A stretch of DNA of 59,924 nucleotides, counting the filler, from Platydemus manokwari (lineage: Eukaryota), in the NCBI GenBank assembly GCA_037951405.1. It is 5 parts of 5 records of this genome, joined end to end, with 100 filler letters (N's around TTAATTAATTAA, not from the genome) between each part and the next. Parts side by side here need not be neighbours in the genome. Positions count along the whole stretch, not along the records: positions 46,358 to 59,924 come from JBBMOY011689178.1; 4 more parts are not named here. The stretch is one strand, 5' to 3'. A program made the position numbers and the translations under genes. A model generated the notes under the pieces. That model did no database searches. It had not been told where the DNA came from and saw only the letters and a list, made by a program, of their open reading frames with translations. This document shows, piece by piece, positions 53,821 to 59,924 of this stretch (the stretch's first letter is position 1; each line of letters starts with the position of its first letter).

Positions 53821-55199
53821 GAATTTTTTATTTAAGTACTTAAGAAGAATTTTAGTTGTTTGATATCAAAAATCATTTTTGGCAGCGATATTTTTCAGTT
53901 CGTTTTAAAAGCTTGCTTCATAAAACCGGTTTCCATAGATAAATGACACGATATCAACAAATATATTAGTATTAAATATTATAATGTTTGAGCCACTCTG
54001 TGGGTTAGCAACTTTTATTTTATCAAAGATGTGATAACCGATTAAAACAAAATTGTTTTATTAAATCGTTTCAATCAAGAATCTTTTCACCAGATTATTT
54101 CATCATTAATTTCAACAGCCATATTATTTAGTAATTGTTGTTTGCATTAAATGTTCGAATTCTAATAAAAACTGTTAATTTTTTGAAATCTCTTAATTGG
54201 TTGGAGAATCAATTTATTCTTTGTCTATATGGTTTCATCTTTCTTAAAATTGAAAATATCTACTTGTTTTACAAACCATTCCACGGATAATTATTAAAGA
54301 GCTGTTCCTGCATTTTACCAAGGAGTGTAAATTGTTGATTTATTTATTTAAATAAATATAATCCCATCCCAGACGCACAGAATGGGATTTCAGCAGACAA
54401 GTTCTCGATGAAAACAATAAATTAAGATTTAATATTTAATAAAACTTTATTAATAAATTAAGATGTATTTCCAAGATAAACGAGCCCAAATCAGTTTCTA
54501 AACACAATATATAATAATAATATATGTTTGTGAAATAGGATTTCCTATGAGCTCTTAAATATTGTTCAACCTTCGAATTATAGATGACAATATTATTGAA
54601 TTCTTGACATAAAATTACTTCAAAACCTGTGATTAGATGAGATTTACCATCAACTAACTGACTTAAATTATGATCTAAATTTATTTGATTTGTTTAAATG
54701 AGGTGAAATAATTGATAAGAATTTGGAAAAATATTTTTCATAATATTGGTTTCCAAATAACTTTCTGTGCATTTCTGCAACTATATATATGAATTAGCTA
54801 AGTTTTGTAAAATCGGTATTTTGGAAATTTGAGTATTACTAAAAACCAATCAACCATTAATGGGAAATATAAATAGAAAATGAAAACAAATAAATGATTC
54901 ACAAAATTTATAAATAGCCCACATTTGCCTTAATATTTTATAAATCAGTCTTTCAAACAAAATATAAACTTATGCTTTGAAAAATGTGCAGATCAAATTA
55001 CAGAGCAAATAGGGATGTCTATACAGGGATGGCATATTTAAGATGTCAATTCATCTGTAGATAATATCTAGTGATCGTGGCAAGTGATTCTTTACGATTT
55101 ATAAAGGGAAAATAAATTTATATTTATATTTGTGGATAAAAAAAATGTATCGATTGAAATGAAGTTATAAAATATTTATTTCTTCATCGAAAATAGAAA

Positions 55200-55347
55200 A
55201 AAAAATTTTATCGACAACAGCAATTTAATCGTATTTCTGAAATAAGTAAAACCATAATTCATTACAAAATAATTTAAAAATAAATTAATAATTTATTAAA
55301 TAAACAATAACATTTTCATTGAGTTTCTCATCAAATTCATATACTGT
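55200..55347. repeat. Direct duplicate of the histone H3 variant 3' flank (56250-56398)
   Basis: aaataag-aaaaccataatt-attacaaaataa...aataaattaataatttattaaataaacaat-acattttcattgagtttctcatcaaattcat-tactg occurs twice, ~1050 bp apart. Confidence 0.9.
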
Positions 55348-56343
55348 GATTGCCCCTCCCCATTGCAGGACGTTTTCGAAATAATTTTATTTATTGTAAA
55401 ATCTTATTTATAATAGCATATTTTGCATAAATTTGACAATATTGTAGCTCGATACAATTCCAATACTTTGACTAAGCAGCGTTATCTGAAAATTATCTTT
55501 GGAGCTGAAATCCCAACTTACAGGCGAGTGAACAATTGTAGAACTTGCTCTATCATAATTTTATTGTTGTATATTTATAATATATTTTATCTTTATCCTT
55601 CATTATGTTTTCAGAGATTTATTCTTGAAAACATTCTGAAATAGCATGATCTCTATTGGTTAATTTATTATCATAGTTAACAACATAATACGTAAACATT
55701 TATTGAAATTTAGCCATTGTATATTTATTCAAAACTTACAGTCGCAATCAAAGTGACAAAACCTTGCCAATTTTGAAACTTATGTTTTACTTTAATCTTC
55801 AAATTACGTCTTCGAGAAATGGAAATAGAAAAAAACGGAACATAAAATTTACACATTGACACTCTTTAGCGCTTTAATCGTTTCCATGCCTGCGCAACCA
55901 TTAAACCAATGAAGAAGTACTTAAATGGTAAATTCTAATTTGAAAAAACAACAAAACTACAAAGTAACACACATTATAGGGATTAACCAATCTAGAGCTT
56001 ACAAAATCATCACATCCAATACTGATTTGAGATAGTGAAGATTAAATCTAAACATGATGGAGAAGTTGCACTTATAAGAAGTCCACTTATAAGAAGACGA
56101 AGAGCATGTTGGAAACACAAGTCTTATGCCGTTTATATGTATTGATTTATGGAGTATTTTGTTGAATCTAGGAGTTGTACCTACTGATTCGTGTGATTCA
56201 ATAAAAAGTAAATTATAAAAATCAATTCTTTTGGACCTCAACATTTTATTAAAAATCGTTTATCGAAAACATTGATTTAATCACATTTGTAAAATAAGCA
56301 AAACCATAATTAATTACAAAATAAATTAGAAATAAATTAATAA

Positions 56344-56349
56344 TTTATT
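56344..56349 (-). terminator. Candidate AATAAA polyadenylation signal of the H3 variant
   Basis: AATAAA on the minus strand ~74 nt after the stop codon. No histone stem-loop was seen. The AT-rich context makes a chance match possible. Confidence 0.45.
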
Positions 56350-56422
56350 AAATAAACAATCACATTTTCATTGAGTTTCTCATCAAATTCATCTACTGCT
56401 TAACAAGATTTTATCAAAACAT

Positions 56423-56883
<461 letters not shown>

Positions 56884-59800
56884 ATCGATATTTTGTTTTA
56901 ATTAAATAATATGATAAATAAACTATAATTTAAACAAATATTTATTTTTAAATAATTATTTTAAATATTATTTAATTATAATAATTAAAAATATTAAAAT
57001 CTCTCAAAACATAAAATGGCTGTTTATCAAAACAATTAAAATTAATTTGTAAAATATAAAAATTAATGTTGGATAAAAATTATTTTATAAATAAAACCAT
57101 TCTTATTAAAAATATATTATAATCACAGATTATTTAAAGATATATTGAGGTGTCAACATTAATGTTGTTGTTCGATAATCAATATAAATTATTATAAACT
57201 AAAATTCTTTAATTAAAACAAGGCATAATTTCTTTCTAAATAACTGTGTTGTTTTAATTAATTTATTGATTAAATTTTAAAAAAATGTGAAAGTAAGCAA
57301 TAAAGTGGATTTTAAATTTATAAATTTAAATTAATAAATAATTAAATATAATTTAATTCCGAAAATATAGGGCTTTAAATTAATTTTTAAAATTTAAATT
57401 AATTTAAAATTTTATTTAATTTTAGAATTAATTATTTTAATTTAATTTTTTAAATATTGTTGCATTTATAAGATATTTTAAATTATAATTTTAATATATT
57501 ATTTAATAATAATAATCACTATCATTACCGATAATAATAATTAATTTTATAATAAAATTCTATTGGTATATATAATTTGTGACGTTTAAAAATCAATAAT
57601 TTATTTTTTCAAATTTTCCACGTGATATAAGATTACACATTCATATTGAAAAGAATTCATAATTAATGTCTGAATATTTCAATTTCTAAATTTATTGGAC
57701 CTTTCACATGAATCCATATATTGATCGTCAAAATGTCCATTCTTTTTTTCTCCTTTTCTTAATTATTTAAAACATAAACATCAGTTATTTTCATTTTGAT
57801 AATTTCTACAAAATATTCTCAACACCACACTGGAGAACATTGAAGTATTTATATTAATAAAGAACGAGCTTTTCACAACTATTCCCTCGATTCTGTTTAG
57901 ACAACACATTATTTTTATTAAATGATATTTCTCAGGCAAAATTATTTCATTTATAAAACTTTCATTCATAAATGATGACAGCGGATTTTTTATTCTATAA
58001 AATCTACGAAAGAAGTAAAAATCAAATAACAAAAATATTTACCGTTTGAATGTCTTCTAAAATTCTAAAAAGGATGCACTTTCAAACCATATTGTTTATC
58101 GATATTTTCCATTCTTATGATTCAGAAGATTGACAGAATTGCATCATTGTTTACTGGACTATGAGACAAGGGCTATTACAAGCTGTCGTCAAACCATGAA
58201 ATGAAGATTTTTGAAAATTTCATAGACAAGTGGATTCTGTTAGACCACACTCAGAAAATTAAAACAAAGTTTTCTTTTCTCAATACCCGCCGATTATTTC
58301 TACCCGGTGTCATTTATAATAAGAATTCTTCAAGAAACATCACCAAATAAAAATTTGAAATGCATACGGCTTTTTGATCTTGGGCCTTTTGTTATGCCTT
58401 TAATCAATTTTATTTGTCGTAATTTTTAACTCAGACCAGTAACTGGAAAAGAATAACTTAATTAATAATAAAATTTTACTTTTTCTTCATTTTTATTTAT
58501 TATTTCATTAAATATTTTAAAACTATTAACAATAAAATTTTTGGAGCATCATGGTACACATTGTTTTTGTTATGATTTCGCTTATGAGAAATTCAGAGAG
58601 ACTTGATCAATTGATATCAGCTGTCTTGAGATTTTTTGGTCTCATGACAGACATGAATCATTATAAAAATGATTCACACAAATTATTAATGCACGTTGTC
58701 ATGGCAATTATAAGAAAAACCGTGGTGAATTAAATATAATTCAATATCACCAATTCACTAAGTCAGCAATAATTATGACGCTGCGAATACATCCAACTTG
58801 CACTGGCAGAGACTATATAAGCAGATATCAGTGATAATTCAATACATTAATGACAAGCATAGATAATTGTAAAACGGAATTCAGAAGCGAGTATTTTTTC
58901 AACAATTTATCATTATCATACATTGCCTCTACAACCAAATTGCGGAATTTCATTGATCATTCGTAGCACATCAGATATGATAATTTTCGTAGTATTTGTT
59001 TGGATCATTACTTTTACACCATTCTCCAATAAGAAATTAGTTGAAAACCAATAATATTTCAATCTCTAACGTCGTTAGAATTTGTCTAAACTCACTTAGC
59101 TTCTTTACTTTAATTCGGAGCAGGGGGCACCTAGACCCTCATCCAATGTTTGTATTCTTCAGGACATTGTACTCCGCCTGTTAAAATCTTTTGTAATTTA
59201 AAATTGTATAATTTCGTATCAATATACGCATTTTATTATGTTTATTATTTGATAACCTATTTATAAGAATCCCATCCTAATTTTCTGTTTGGAGTAATAT
59301 TTTTGGTGGAAATACCAATCATTCACCGTTGACGGACATAAAATAAATTAAGATTTAAATCATTGAGGTTAGCTTATTGATTTAAATCCACCAAATCACC
59401 ACTTATTTTAATTCCCTTCACCATCACATTGTTATTGCATTAATGCTGTTATTATTATTAGAAAATCCATTAAACCCCAGATTATTGCAAAAATAAATAT
59501 TTCTTGAACTCATTTATACTTATTTGATAATTCTTTGCATAAATAAGAATTTGTATAAATGTGAATTGGGATGAATGAATTTCTAAAGTATTTAACAGTT
59601 ATCTCGGGAAATATACAGCTTCAAATGTAAGAGATCTCAAATCTAGAATGGTCATACTCATATGATTTTTATAAATAAAACACCACAATCGATAATAAAT
59701 AAAATAATGGAACAACAGATTTAGAGGTCGTAGTAAAGTGTTTGTATTTATTTCAAAAAAATCAATAATTAATAAAATTTAATAGTTTCTATTGGCTTAG

Positions 59801-59924
59801 TTTTTGTTCTTATTGTATTTGGAAATGGTCTTTTAGAAAATTTTAAAAAAATATAAATTAGCAATTTAAAGAGTTTAATTTTAAATTTCTTCGAGATGAA
59901 TATTTTCAATTTTTGCGTTGCGTT

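Noticed and set aside
33728-55991. 16-bp match ATAGGGATTAACCAAT at ~33728 and ~55976
   Set aside because: The similarity does not clearly extend, and it cannot be assigned to an element without a genome-wide search.

Overview
This is very AT-rich eukaryotic (animal-like) genomic DNA with short GT-AG introns, mostly 42-60 bp. The window is five contigs joined by four identical 100-bp spacers (44 N + TTAATTAATTAA + 44 N), so genes on either side of a spacer are probably not true neighbours. Contig 1 (1-12008) holds an apparently catalytic-domain-only HMG-CoA reductase and a TMEM243-like gene missed by the ORF track. Contig 2 holds the 3' ~3,230 codons of an outer-arm axonemal dynein heavy chain (DNAH9/11/17 type). 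Contig 3 holds a PAXBP1/GCFC2-like gene. Contig 4 holds a CERS1-like ceramide synthase (3' end cut) and the OM-LZ half of an AF10/MLLT10-like gene. Contig 5 holds a divergent Mind bomb-like ankyrin gene or pseudogene and an intact, intron-containing, H3.3-derived histone variant. That variant lacks K14, S28 and K79 (K14I, S28A, K79C) and shares several substitutions with primate H3.Y; it is the most interesting element. Intergenic DNA contains decayed transposons (hAT ends, pogo/Tigger, non-LTR RT, possible Gypsy). A planarian-like flatworm would fit the composition and intron sizes, but the organism cannot be established from the sequence. All family assignments are by eye from remembered motifs; no database search was run.
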